Source: an uncultured virus (IMG/VR IMGVR_UViG_2860823798_000002) (lineage: Duplodnaviria > Heunggongvirae > Uroviricota > Caudoviricetes). From it: a DNA stretch of 63,823 nucleotides. Both the position numbers and the translations under genes were made by a program. The notes beneath the pieces were generated by a model that saw nothing but the letters and a program-made list of their open reading frames with translations, was not told the origin of the DNA and did no database searches. The DNA lies in IMG/VR virus record IMGVR_UViG_2860823798_000002. One strand, 5' to 3'. Each line of letters begins with the position of its first letter. Positions within the stretch are counted from its first letter, which is position 1. Of this stretch, positions 10,253-19,506 are shown piece after piece.

Positions 10253-11422
10253 GTGGTGAAAGAATTGGAGTTGAAAAATTTTTTAAAGAATAAATGTGAA
10301 GAAGAACGCGGACTCGAAAAGGAGCTTGCACGAATAGCAGGATACTCTAACTCGTCAGGCTTTCATCATTTCATTTACAATGAAAAGAAAGAAATGGATA
10401 ATATTCAAGGTATCATTGACGTGATTCAGAAGATTTCCCCGGAATATGAGTTTGATTTAATGAGTGAATACATATTGACATTAGACATAAATAAATCTGC
10501 AGCAAGGCAAGGCTTAGAATACCTTAGTGTAAATCAGCTCTATGGCACTCTAGATAAGCATATTAAGAAAATGATGTCCGCAAAGAATTCAGTTAGCAAA
10601 GAATGGGGAAAAGTCTATGCAGCGCAAAGGGAGTTAGACAAAGGCAACATTGGTATTGAAGAGTGCATTAGGCTGTTGGCTGAAATACACCCCAAATCAT
10701 CTGAAATGAAGGTTTACTCTAGGATTATCCCCATGTATGCCATACTACCTTTAAAGCAATTTGGTAGATTAAAAGATATGAGTGATATTGTCTTGATTGA
10801 CACAATCAGTAATCAGAATTATGTTTATCATTCGTTTAAGAGTCGCTATATGCTATTACTGGCAAATTGCTTCTTTGGAAACAATGAGATTGAGAAAGCA
10901 CAAGAATACGCAAGACATGGGATAGAGAATTCAAATGTGAAGAGGATCATTTTTTTCTCATATCTCACGCATGGAAGTTCTTTAATGTTAGATGATTACG
11001 AGAAATCAAAAAGCAGCTTTTTGAAAGGGTTAGAAGTTGGCAAAGGAAACAAAATTTATGAGCAACATGCGATTAGAAATCTTTGTTTTTTAGAAAATCT
11101 ATGGGGGAAAGAGAATAAATATTTGAATATACAATCTAATGAAATAATGGACAGGCAAGAAGTTGTTCATTATCTTATAAGAAAAGGTTCTAAGCAACAG
11201 GCCAAAAAAATGCTTGACCAGTTAGATCTCATGGAGCACGATGATAACGATCTGGGATTACATTATTATTTAAAGGGACTTTTGGAAAGCTCTCGCGAAT
11301 ATTTTTTAGAATCAGTCAAATATTTTAAATTAAGTGGTGATAAGTTTTCCTGCACCCTTCCAATAATTGAACTCGAAAAGTTAGGTGTTGAAAAACAAAT
11401 TTTAGAGATAATATCAATTTGA
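10253..11422 (+). CDS. aimR: arbitrium receptor AimR (HTH + TPR, RRNPP family)
   Basis: 389 aa; LARIAGYSNSSGF HTH; ARQGLEYLSVN; SVKYFKLSGDKF; followed by a peptide gene. Confidence 0.93.
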   Translation: MVKELELKNFLKNKCEEERGLEKELARIAGYSNSSGFHHFIYNEKKEMDNIQGIIDVIQKISPEYEFDLMSEYILTLDINKSAARQGLEYLSVNQLYGTLDKHIKKMMSAKNSVSKEWGKVYAAQRELDKGNIGIEECIRLLAEIHPKSSEMKVYSRIIPMYAILPLKQFGRLKDMSDIVLIDTISNQNYVYHSFKSRYMLLLANCFFGNNEIEKAQEYARHGIENSNVKRIIFFSYLTHGSSLMLDDYEKSKSSFLKGLEVGKGNKIYEQHAIRNLCFLENLWGKENKYLNIQSNEIMDRQEVVHYLIRKGSKQQAKKMLDQLDLMEHDDNDLGLHYYLKGLLESSREYFLESVKYFKLSGDKFSCTLPIIELEKLGVEKQILEIISI

Positions 11423-11453
11423 TTCTAGACTGCATTGAAAGGAGGTGAAGAAT

Positions 11454-11567
11454 ATGAAAAAGTTGTTCGTTGGAATTGTTGTATCCGTTTCTCTTTTAGC
11501 TGTCGGTATTGCTGCAGCTCAAGTTAACAGTGGATTCTCTGTTGCAGGGTTTACTGTAGGGGCGTAA
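11454..11567 (+). CDS. aimP: arbitrium pro-peptide AimP, mature hexapeptide GFTVGA (not in ORF track)
   Basis: SD AAAGGAGGTG; MKKLFVGIVVSVSLLAVGIAAAQVNSGFSVAGFTVGA*. Confidence 0.92.
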   Translation: MKKLFVGIVVSVSLLAVGIAAAQVNSGFSVAGFTVGA

Positions 11568-11604
11568 TACATAACAATTAAAAGTTTAGTTTCACTACAT
11601 AATT

Positions 11605-11638
11605 AGACGTTTGACTCTTTTGAGTTAAGCGTCTTTTC
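11605..11638 (+). terminator. terminator downstream of aimP
   Basis: AGACGTTTGACTC-TTTT-GAGTTAAGCGTCT followed by Ts. Confidence 0.75.
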
Positions 11639-11763
11639 CATTTTAAAGAGTTTTTTATCAAAATTGCAATTATTCTTTTCAGTAAATTTTCATAGTTCAG
11701 TTAACACATTCAAAAAAATAATAAAGAATGTGTTATTTGTCGTGGAAAAATAAACTAAAAGGG

Positions 11764-11792
11764 TTTACAAAGCACATGACATCAATTAAAAT
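11764..11792 (+). promoter_or_regulatory. putative sigA promoter of the sro operon
   Basis: TTTACA-17-TAAAAT. Confidence 0.55.
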
Positions 11793-11837
11793 GAGAATAT
11801 AACATTATTAATTAGTTTAGTAGAAAGGAGTTAACCT

Positions 11838-12041
11838 ATGATTCCGTGCGGCAAACAAAGCGAAAGTAATGTTGAGTATTTCAAGTTGGCTTATGAAAGT
11901 AAAATGAAGAAGTATGGGGAAGAGTGGATTTTCGCCATTGAAAATAAACAAAAACAAGTTATGCGTGAAAAGAAAGAGAAAATTAGAAGAGAGCTTACAA
12001 AAGGATATATGGCGCTACTAAGTGCACAATTAGGAGAATAA
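11838..12041 (+). CDS. sroA: SroA/YopM-like protein with MazE-like C-terminal motif
   Basis: Position after aimP and size; KIRRELTKGYM resembles MazE QIRESMRRGYM. Confidence 0.55.
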   Translation: MIPCGKQSESNVEYFKLAYESKMKKYGEEWIFAIENKQKQVMREKKEKIRRELTKGYMALLSAQLGE

Positions 12042-12044
12042 ATA

Positions 12045-12374
12045 ATGAAAATTTTTGAAAACAAATTAAAAATAGAAGATGATTATATAATTGACGCGAT
12101 TGACACATTTCAAAAAGGTAAGTTACATATTAGAGAACAAATCATTCATTCAAATAGTGCTGTTGATCTTTATTATGCTAAATTGCAAATAGATGAATTT
12201 TTTAAACAGATCAATGATTCAATAAAATTAATTAAAATTACCTGCAGTGATCTGTTTGAGAAGAAAGAAATGAATATGGCTGCCTTAGAGATACTAATTA
12301 ATATTAGAGAAGAAGCAAAAAACGAATTTAGCATATTTATTTCTGATAACAATAAACGAATTAAAAGTGTATAA
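12045..12374 (+). CDS. sroB: SroB/YopN-like protein
   Basis: Synteny and size (109 aa) only. Confidence 0.5.
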   Translation: MKIFENKLKIEDDYIIDAIDTFQKGKLHIREQIIHSNSAVDLYYAKLQIDEFFKQINDSIKLIKITCSDLFEKKEMNMAALEILINIREEAKNEFSIFISDNNKRIKSV

Positions 12375-12412
12375 ATACATAATTCATAATATAAACCAAG
12401 GAGGGAAAACAG

Positions 12413-13507
12413 TTGGGGGCTGTAGTTCAATCGATAAGAAAATACAGGGTGTTCGATGATATTTTAGCTTTTCTAAAGGAAAAAGACACAGATAGCTCAG
12501 CTGGAAACATTAAGGGGTATAACAAAAACAAGAAGAAAAAATCGAAATACGGATTGCACTCTAATACAGCAGTTAACTATTTAAGCGACATTAAGCAGTT
12601 TTTTTGGTTTTACTGTAAGACTGAAATTGAATTTTTAAAAGAAGAACATCTGTCTTTTAAAAGGTCAGATGTTTTGGCATTTAAACATTATCTTGAGCAT
12701 AACAAAGGTGCAGCTAACACAACTATCAATCGAAAGATCGCAGCACTTAAATCATTACATGGTGAACTGAAAAGGCTTTATCCTGACTATGTTGAAGATG
12801 ATCCTTTTTATAACGTTAAAAGGAGCAAAGAAATAAGAAGGATAAGAGCCAATACTTCACAGATCCAAGCAGAAATGATTTGTGACAACATGTTCATTTA
12901 TGAAAAACAGAAACCACTTCTGAAAAAATTATTTGGGTACTTCCTTTTGAGAAGTTCTTTTAGAATATCCGCGGCTCTTGACGTTAGATGGTGTGATATT
13001 GAAGTATCTAATGAGAACCCAGATTGGTTTAGAGTCACTGTCATTGATAAAGGGGCAAAGCTGTGCACTACAGGAATTCACAGAGTGTTTTATGACCAGT
13101 TGCTTGAATTAAGAAGTGGTAACACAAAAGACACAGATAGGGTATTCGAGGGACTTACTGAAGATGCATTTAGAGCTTCTCTCAAACGCTCATTAAAAAG
13201 TCTGGGCATTCCAGAAGAAAGCGGGATATCTCCTCACTCATTTAAAGGAGTAGGGATAACGGAAGTATTCGAAGCCACAGGAAATGATTATAGAGCAGCC
13301 ATGAAACAAGGTAATCATAGTAACTTTGATACAACCTTGAGATACTTGAACAGCGAAACAGACATCTCCCAAACGGCGGGGATAATAATGGATGAAGAAT
13401 TAGACATATCTATTCTACAGCAAGTTACTAAAGAAGAGTTCTTAGATTTTTTTGAACAATGTGATAAACAAACATTAAGAAAGGCTTTACAGTTTTTCAA
13501 TCGTTAA
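12413..13507 (+). CDS. sroD: tyrosine recombinase-fold protein SroD/YopP
   Basis: TINRKIAALKS; FRISAAL; PHSFK; GNHSNFDTTLRY; synteny. Confidence 0.8.
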   Translation: MGAVVQSIRKYRVFDDILAFLKEKDTDSSAGNIKGYNKNKKKKSKYGLHSNTAVNYLSDIKQFFWFYCKTEIEFLKEEHLSFKRSDVLAFKHYLEHNKGAANTTINRKIAALKSLHGELKRLYPDYVEDDPFYNVKRSKEIRRIRANTSQIQAEMICDNMFIYEKQKPLLKKLFGYFLLRSSFRISAALDVRWCDIEVSNENPDWFRVTVIDKGAKLCTTGIHRVFYDQLLELRSGNTKDTDRVFEGLTEDAFRASLKRSLKSLGIPEESGISPHSFKGVGITEVFEATGNDYRAAMKQGNHSNFDTTLRYLNSETDISQTAGIIMDEELDISILQQVTKEEFLDFFEQCDKQTLRKALQFFNR

Positions 13508-13574
13508 TTCCTATAACCTTGATTAAAGTGAGGTGATCTGCTACATTTAACATAGTATTAGGTGAGGTGATATC

Positions 13575-14951
13575 ATGGAATCTCCTGTGATTTTTGATAT
13601 GGAAGCAGATAAAAAGTTGATGGAAGAATTAATTGAGACTAAATTAAAAATACAACATGATAATAAATTAATGACAGCATATAGACAAGCTATGATGAAG
13701 GATAAATTCCCTCCAGGGAAAGCGCAAGAACTTTTCAATAAGCTTAGCAGTCCAAGTGCAAGATTAACGACCGGCGAGAAATATTTTCTCGCGAAAAACT
13801 TACACAGGATCACAAAAGAGGAAAGGATTTCTCCTGAAAACTACTTCCCACCCAACGGGATCAAAGATATAGAACTTAACTGGGAAGGCTACAAAACGGA
13901 CGACGTATCGTTCCCTTACACATTTACAGATGTTACAAAGGTTGCTTCAGACAATTATTTCTTCAAGGTGAAAGCAAGCGAATTATTTAAGCTTTATGAA
14001 TCACAATTGCTTCGCTACAATCCAAAGGCTCAACGAACTGATAGGACAATTCATTTAAAAGAAGTAGATGATGAAATACCTGTTCCTGAGTTGGTTGAGT
14101 CTTCAGTTGAAGCCATAGCACAATTAACCGAAAAGAATGACTTGATAAAGTCAGTATTGACATTTAACGCACTATTAGGAAGCTCAGAAGAAGGAATCGA
14201 GCTTTTGTTCGATGAGGAAGAAAGAAAAATAACTGTTACCAAAGGTACTCGTTTAGATGTGATTGATGGTTGGCACAGACTAGCTGGTATAAGCAGAGCT
14301 TTTAGAAGGAACCCAAACATTAAAGATTTCTATTTGAAGGTTGATTTGTACAACTACACAATGAAAAAAGCCAGAAAACACTTCGGGCAACAAAATACCA
14401 TTAATCCAGTGGCCAAATCGAAGATCGCGGAAATGAGTGAGAATGATTATCTTTCTGTTATCATTAACTTTATTAAAGACAACAGTGACATTGGAGAATT
14501 AATTAAAGTGAATGAGGACAGTATACGCAAGGGAGAGCCTTATATCACTACTTTTGAAAGATGTCTCAAAGGGCTAAAAAGGGCTTTAAATACATTTGAT
14601 TATACAGTTGAAAGCTTAGCCGAAGCTAGAAAGCTTGGCATGTACTTGACGGAAGTGTTTAATACTGTTTTTAATTCTTATATAGATGATTTTACAAACC
14701 ATTCCTTTGGGGAAAGTAAAAGTGCTATAACAACTTCACCAGTTATTTTAGGAGTTTTAGCATTGGGAGTTAAAATGAAGTTAGAATCAAAATCTGCAGA
14801 TAGTGTAGAGGATGTACTATCTAGCTTAGATTTTTCCCTAGATAATAAACTGTGGCGAGAGCTTAAATTAGTAAGCGAGGATACAAAACTAAATAATAAT
14901 GCGATTAAAGACACATTCGAATTTTTTAGTCGGTTGACAACAGAGGTGTAA
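13575..14951 (+). CDS. sroE: SroE/YopQ, ParB/DndB-like (DGQHR-type) protein
   Basis: VIDGWHRL motif; 458 aa; synteny. Confidence 0.8.
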   Translation: MESPVIFDMEADKKLMEELIETKLKIQHDNKLMTAYRQAMMKDKFPPGKAQELFNKLSSPSARLTTGEKYFLAKNLHRITKEERISPENYFPPNGIKDIELNWEGYKTDDVSFPYTFTDVTKVASDNYFFKVKASELFKLYESQLLRYNPKAQRTDRTIHLKEVDDEIPVPELVESSVEAIAQLTEKNDLIKSVLTFNALLGSSEEGIELLFDEEERKITVTKGTRLDVIDGWHRLAGISRAFRRNPNIKDFYLKVDLYNYTMKKARKHFGQQNTINPVAKSKIAEMSENDYLSVIINFIKDNSDIGELIKVNEDSIRKGEPYITTFERCLKGLKRALNTFDYTVESLAEARKLGMYLTEVFNTVFNSYIDDFTNHSFGESKSAITTSPVILGVLALGVKMKLESKSADSVEDVLSSLDFSLDNKLWRELKLVSEDTKLNNNAIKDTFEFFSRLTTEV

Positions 14952-14954
14952 ATA

Positions 14955-15956
14955 ATGGAACTGTATAATGATTCGGTAAAGAAAAAGTTTATAGAACAAG
15001 TCAAAAAGGAAGAGCAGCCCCAGTTATTATCAATATTCCGAAAAGGTGCAGAACTTGAAGAATATTTGAAAAAAGACATTTATGATTTTAATTCTAAAGA
15101 GATTCTTGAGTTTTTAACTCTGTTGAATAGATCCACGCTTTCTTCTATAATGAGCTGCTGGTCTCACATCACAAGATACATTGATTGGGCAATTTATCAA
15201 AGTCTCACCAAAGGTACTACAAATTTGTCTAGAGACTTAACTATCGATGATGTTAAGAACTGCGTAGATGAAGGGAAGAAGCTCTATATTACTTTAAATG
15301 AGCTCAAAGAGATTTTAGATACCTTAGTGAATCCCAGAGATAGAGCCATGTTAATTCTGCTATTTGAAGGGGTTCAAGGCTTCAAATGCAGTGAAATTTT
15401 AAATCTTGAAAAATCAGATATTGAAAAAGCCCTACAGAATGACAACATTTTAACCGTAACTGATGATAAGCATGGGCAGAGAGATATCAAAGTGAGTGAT
15501 GAATGTCTTAAAATTTGTCTTGAAGCTGCAAATGAACCAGTGTATCAAAAGAAAAATGGATATTCTGAAGCATTTAATAAAGAAACAATATTAGCTGATA
15601 ATAATTTTGTTATTAGAAACCGAAGAACCAATTCAGATAAAGATCAAGAAAGATCTTCGTTTTTTGTCATAATTAACACGATGAGATATATTTTCTCACC
15701 AGAGTTTTTTGATTATCCATATGTTAACCCAACGAGAATAAATAGGTCTGGTGTTTTATATGAAGGATTTAAAGTGTATAAAGAAAAAGGGAAATTAGAA
15801 ACAGAAGATTATATTAATATAATTCAAAAGAGAAGCGAAAGATATGAAGACATTCATAAAAAGGTTTACAAGGTTAAAGAATATATGAATGAAGAAGAGA
15901 TTAAAAAATATTATGCGAAAGAGCTTGGGATTGAGGGTACTATTAGAATGCGTTAA
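14955..15956 (+). CDS. sroF: master repressor SroF/YopR (MrpR), degenerate integrase fold
   Basis: NPRDRAMLILLFEG...SEILNL...RSG; catalytic Arg absent; synteny. Confidence 0.82.
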   Translation: MELYNDSVKKKFIEQVKKEEQPQLLSIFRKGAELEEYLKKDIYDFNSKEILEFLTLLNRSTLSSIMSCWSHITRYIDWAIYQSLTKGTTNLSRDLTIDDVKNCVDEGKKLYITLNELKEILDTLVNPRDRAMLILLFEGVQGFKCSEILNLEKSDIEKALQNDNILTVTDDKHGQRDIKVSDECLKICLEAANEPVYQKKNGYSEAFNKETILADNNFVIRNRRTNSDKDQERSSFFVIINTMRYIFSPEFFDYPYVNPTRINRSGVLYEGFKVYKEKGKLETEDYINIIQKRSERYEDIHKKVYKVKEYMNEEEIKKYYAKELGIEGTIRMR

Positions 15957-15959
15957 AGC

Positions 15960-15985
15960 AGCGTCCGGAATCGGGCGCTTTTTTT
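15960..15985 (+). terminator. intrinsic terminator after sroF
   Basis: AGCGTCCG-gaat-CGGGCGCT followed by a T run. Confidence 0.8.
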
Positions 15986-16249
15986 ACTGAAATAAAAATC
16001 TTCATTTTTAATAAAATAAACACAAAAAATATCGGAAAAATCGGATTATACGTGTTTGTTCGACATGATAAGACAAAAGTAGCTATTCTCATGATAAATA
16101 ATATGTAGTAATATAGGCATATGTTAACAGAAGTCAATTGAAACGAATAAGTCTAAAGTCCTTTTTGTAAGTGAGCTATTATTGAACAACCTCTGACTAG
16201 GGATATCTAGAGCATAAAAATATCTCTGGATATGCTTAGAAAAAAGAGG

Positions 16250-16287
16250 TATAATAAACTCACGAACAAAAACAGAACACACGTTCT
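16250..16287 (+). promoter_or_regulatory. -10 box plus LexA (SOS) box
   Basis: TATAAT 16250-16255; AGAAC-ACAC-GTTCT 16274-16287 fits the Bacillus GAAC-N4-GTTC box. Confidence 0.75.
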
Positions 16288-16317
16288 TATTTAAATTCAT
16301 TATAGGATATAGGGGAA

Positions 16318-16578
16318 ATGAGAATGAAAAAACAAAAGTATTTAAACAATTGTTCTTTGCAAATTGATACAGTCATTGAAAACGCAGCAAGTTCAACTGA
16401 GTATTCAAAAAATAAAGCGGAGTTTATTCTTGAAAAACTTATGGAGGCATATAAGGTTGTTTTTGTGAAAGTCGACGGAGAAACTGAGGAGTTTGAGATC
16501 TGTAACTTGGAATATGAAATTGAGAATACTGAAGAAGATGAATGTGGCCAACCACTGGCCTTAGCTATGGCTAAATAA
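16318..16578 (+). CDS. hypothetical protein, probably SOS-regulated
   Basis: Directly downstream of the LexA box; SD AGGGG. Confidence 0.65.
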   Translation: MRMKKQKYLNNCSLQIDTVIENAASSTEYSKNKAEFILEKLMEAYKVVFVKVDGETEEFEICNLEYEIENTEEDECGQPLALAMAK

Positions 16579-16590
16579 AAGGGAAAAAGT

Positions 16591-16785
16591 ATGGATATCT
16601 CAATAAATGTTGCTCTAGAGAGCGTAGACATCAAATTAAAAAGCAAAAGTCTTTCATCAAATCAGTTCTCGGCCGTTATGATTCTAAGTGATACAAGTAA
16701 CAACAATTTAAAATTAATTATGCCAATTGAGGATATTGTGAAATTGAGGGATGAAATCAATGAGTTTCTATTCAAAGTGAGATGA
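16591..16785 (+). CDS. hypothetical protein
   Basis: 64-aa ORF with SD AAGGG. Confidence 0.6.
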   Translation: MDISINVALESVDIKLKSKSLSSNQFSAVMILSDTSNNNLKLIMPIEDIVKLRDEINEFLFKVR

Positions 16786-16852
16786 TGCCACCGGGGTCTC
16801 AGTCAATAGGGTTAAAAAGTAATCAAATTTTATTACTTTTTGAAAATCCCTA

Positions 16853-16881
16853 TTGACTAAACTTTTCCTGCGTTATACAAT
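16853..16881 (+). promoter_or_regulatory. sigA promoter for the early operon
   Basis: TTGACT-17-TACAAT, followed by the AATTAAAAG motif. Confidence 0.7.
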
Positions 16882-17088
16882 TTAAATACAAATTAAAAGG
16901 AGTGATTGAATTAGAACTTATTTTTAAAAAAATGGGTAAGATACTTGATTCACACACTAGAGCCTCAAAAAATTTGAAACAGAGTGATTACAGAAGGGTC
17001 ATTGGTGATTTGCACTTTGTTATTGAGAATGCACAAGAGATTGTATACATATTAAATGAATTGATTAGAGAAAAGGAAGAGGGGTAAC

Positions 17089-17312
17089 ATGATCGCTGCA
17101 TATCCAACAAGAATTGAAATTAAAGACTACAGTAAAGTAGGTTTAGTAAAGAGAATAAGAGAAAAGGAGGCAGCTGGATGGGAATGTATTCAACCTATCT
17201 CAAAAAGATGTAAAGAGGAGTTATTACCAACTGTGTCGATAGTGGGCTAAAGTACAAACGAGCGTATGTTAGGCGTTTTGAGCATTATGTTGTTATGAAA
17301 AAGACCAAATAA
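17089..17312 (+). pseudogene. probably frameshifted small gene
   Basis: Frame 1 stops at ~17250; a shifted frame from ~17220 continues to TAA 17310-17312. Confidence 0.4.
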
Positions 17313-17383
17313 GCAAATTAAAAGTAAATAAAAGAATATTTTTATACAAATTAAAAGGGGGAATACATATAACTTCAATTACA

Positions 17384-18547
17384 TTGTCAACAATGCAGCA
17401 ACAAGCCGTGGAAAGTATTGAAGATTGGTTTAAAGGGGAGGGTAAAGCACCCTACTTCTTAGCAGGGTATGCTGGGACAGGGAAAACCACACTTGTTAAT
17501 TACGTAATTGATAAGTTGAAGATCAAGCTTTCTGAAGTAGCATTTGCATGTTATACGGGGAAAGCGGCACTGGTAGTAACACAGAAAGCTCAAGGAAAGT
17601 ATAAAGCAAGCACGATACACAGTTTGATTTACGACACCTACGTGGATAAAAAAACTGGAGATCTAACTGTAAAGAAAAAATCAAAAGATATGTTGTCACA
17701 CCTTAAATTAATTGTAGTTGATGAGGCCTCAATGGTAGACGGGCAGATTATGAGTGATCTGAGGTCTTTTGGAGTAAAGATTCTTTTTATTGGAGATACA
17801 GGGCAATTGCCGCCAGTCTCACAAAACAAAAATGAGGAATTTCTTCAGATGTTCAATAACCCTGATTTCACATTGACAGAAATTCACCGACAAGCTGCAG
17901 AAAATCCAATCATATACCTGTCAATGCTTGCGCGAACTAAACAAAAAATTGAACCTGGCACGTATGGGAAAAATGGCGAAGCGGTAGTGATTACTCATTC
18001 GACCTGGGAAACAATGAAAGAGCATTTTTACGAGAAAGCAGATCAGATTATTTGTGGTTATAACAGGACAAGAAAGCATTTGAATTCTGAGATAAGAAAG
18101 TTTTTAGGATATGAAAGTGACTTTCCTCTTGAAGGCGATAAGATGATCTGTTTAAAGAATGACTGGAATAAAAATCTTGATGATATAAGTCTGGTTAATG
18201 GTATGACTGGATATGTAAGCAAAGTTTATCAAGAAGATGCTGTTAGTGAACAGCTTAAATACGATTCGACCGTTATTGATTTTCAACCAGATTTTACTGG
18301 CGATTATTTCGAAAAACTTGTTATTCCAAATGACTCGTTAACTGATGATGCATTTAAGCTGCAGCCGCATGAACATAAAATTTATAACTCTTTTGATTAT
18401 GGTTATGTAATCACTTGCCACAAATCACAAGGATCGCAATGGGAAAAGGTTGTAGTCATTGATGAAGTTCTAGATAGGAACATGCACCACAGATGGCTCT
18501 ATACCGCAATAACACGTAGCACAGAAAAGTTAGTGTTGGTTGTGTAA
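17384..18547 (+). CDS. SF1B RecD/Dda-like ATP-dependent helicase
   Basis: GYAGTGKT; VVDEASM; GDTGQLPPV; TEIHRQ; TCHKSQGSQW; YTAITR. Confidence 0.92.
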   Translation: MSTMQQQAVESIEDWFKGEGKAPYFLAGYAGTGKTTLVNYVIDKLKIKLSEVAFACYTGKAALVVTQKAQGKYKASTIHSLIYDTYVDKKTGDLTVKKKSKDMLSHLKLIVVDEASMVDGQIMSDLRSFGVKILFIGDTGQLPPVSQNKNEEFLQMFNNPDFTLTEIHRQAAENPIIYLSMLARTKQKIEPGTYGKNGEAVVITHSTWETMKEHFYEKADQIICGYNRTRKHLNSEIRKFLGYESDFPLEGDKMICLKNDWNKNLDDISLVNGMTGYVSKVYQEDAVSEQLKYDSTVIDFQPDFTGDYFEKLVIPNDSLTDDAFKLQPHEHKIYNSFDYGYVITCHKSQGSQWEKVVVIDEVLDRNMHHRWLYTAITRSTEKLVLVV

Positions 18548-18595
18548 CTTTTAAATAAAATTGAAGTTTTACATAAATTAAAAGGAGGAGTTTTT

Positions 18596-18812
18596 ATGGG
18601 AATTGATATTAAATTATACTCTAATTTCGATTTATGGAAAATGGCAGAACAGCAGAAGGTTGTAAGTGGTGATGTGTTTGAAGATCAATAATCAAGTTGT
18701 TTACACTGGAACGTCTTTTCAAGTGTATTTTACCGATGCCGACACAGATAAGCAGTATGTGGGGTTATGCGTAGGGGATAGGTGGAAATTCCAGGGTAAT
18801 GAGAGTGATTGA
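18596..18812 (+). pseudogene. frameshifted small gene
   Basis: SD AGGAGGAG + ATG; stops at ~18690, with an adjacent frame open to TGA 18810-18812. Confidence 0.45.
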
Positions 18813-18834
18813 GATTTAACGGAAAGGAGTAGCT

Positions 18835-19506
18835 TTGATGGTCGATTTCAAAAAACTAAGCGATCCTGATTGGATTAAGCAGTGGAGAAAAGAAAAAAGA
18901 GAACGTGAGCGGCTTTATGAAGAAAATGAGGCGTTGAGGCAAAAAACTGCATGTTTTACTGGTCACAGACCGGACAAGCTTGGAGGGTATGATATGAAAA
19001 ACCCCACAATGCTGAAATTAAAGGACAAGCTGCTTGAAGTCATTGAAGACCTGATTACACGAGAAAATAAAAGTCGATTCATTTCAGGAGGAGCGCTCGG
19101 AACTGACATAGCTGCATTCTGGTGTGTACATATGCTGAAGAAGAAGCATCCCTTTATTGAAAACATTGTCGCGATTCCATTCAGGAATCAAGATAAGGTT
19201 TGGTCAGATGAACAGAAGTATTGGTATCAGAGAATGCTTGAGTCGGCTGATGAAATCGTGAACGTTGAGGAAGTCGATAAGTATAAAACTGATGACGATA
19301 ATCCAGGTGAATTTTCATTCGCTAAGATGCAGAAACGTAATGAATATATGGTTGACCACAGTCAAGCAATAGTGGCCGTCTATGATGGGGGTAAAGGCGG
19401 TACAGCGAACTGCTTAAATTATGCAAGGAGATGCTATTTAGGACATCAAATATGGAGGTTGTATCCTAAATATGACTTTGAGTTAGAGATTTCATATGCG
19501 CATTAA
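18835..19506 (+). CDS. SLOG-family (YspA/DUF1273-like) protein
   Basis: CFTGHRP; SGGALGTD; KRNEYMVD; VYDGGKGGT. Confidence 0.85.
   Translation: MMVDFKKLSDPDWIKQWRKEKRERERLYEENEALRQKTACFTGHRPDKLGGYDMKNPTMLKLKDKLLEVIEDLITRENKSRFISGGALGTDIAAFWCVHMLKKKHPFIENIVAIPFRNQDKVWSDEQKYWYQRMLESADEIVNVEEVDKYKTDDDNPGEFSFAKMQKRNEYMVDHSQAIVAVYDGGKGGTANCLNYARRCYLGHQIWRLYPKYDFELEISYAH

Noticed and set aside
12413..13507. Tyrosine recombinase as the prophage integrase or a separate island
   Set aside because: It sits in the conserved sro operon; the serine recombinase is at the host junction.
13575..14951. Dnd phosphorothioation system (DndB-like motif)
   Set aside because: No dndACDE genes; synteny indicates SroE/YopQ.
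16059..16065. Spo0A box TTCGACA
   Set aside because: A single 7-mer is expected by chance; no supporting promoter context established.
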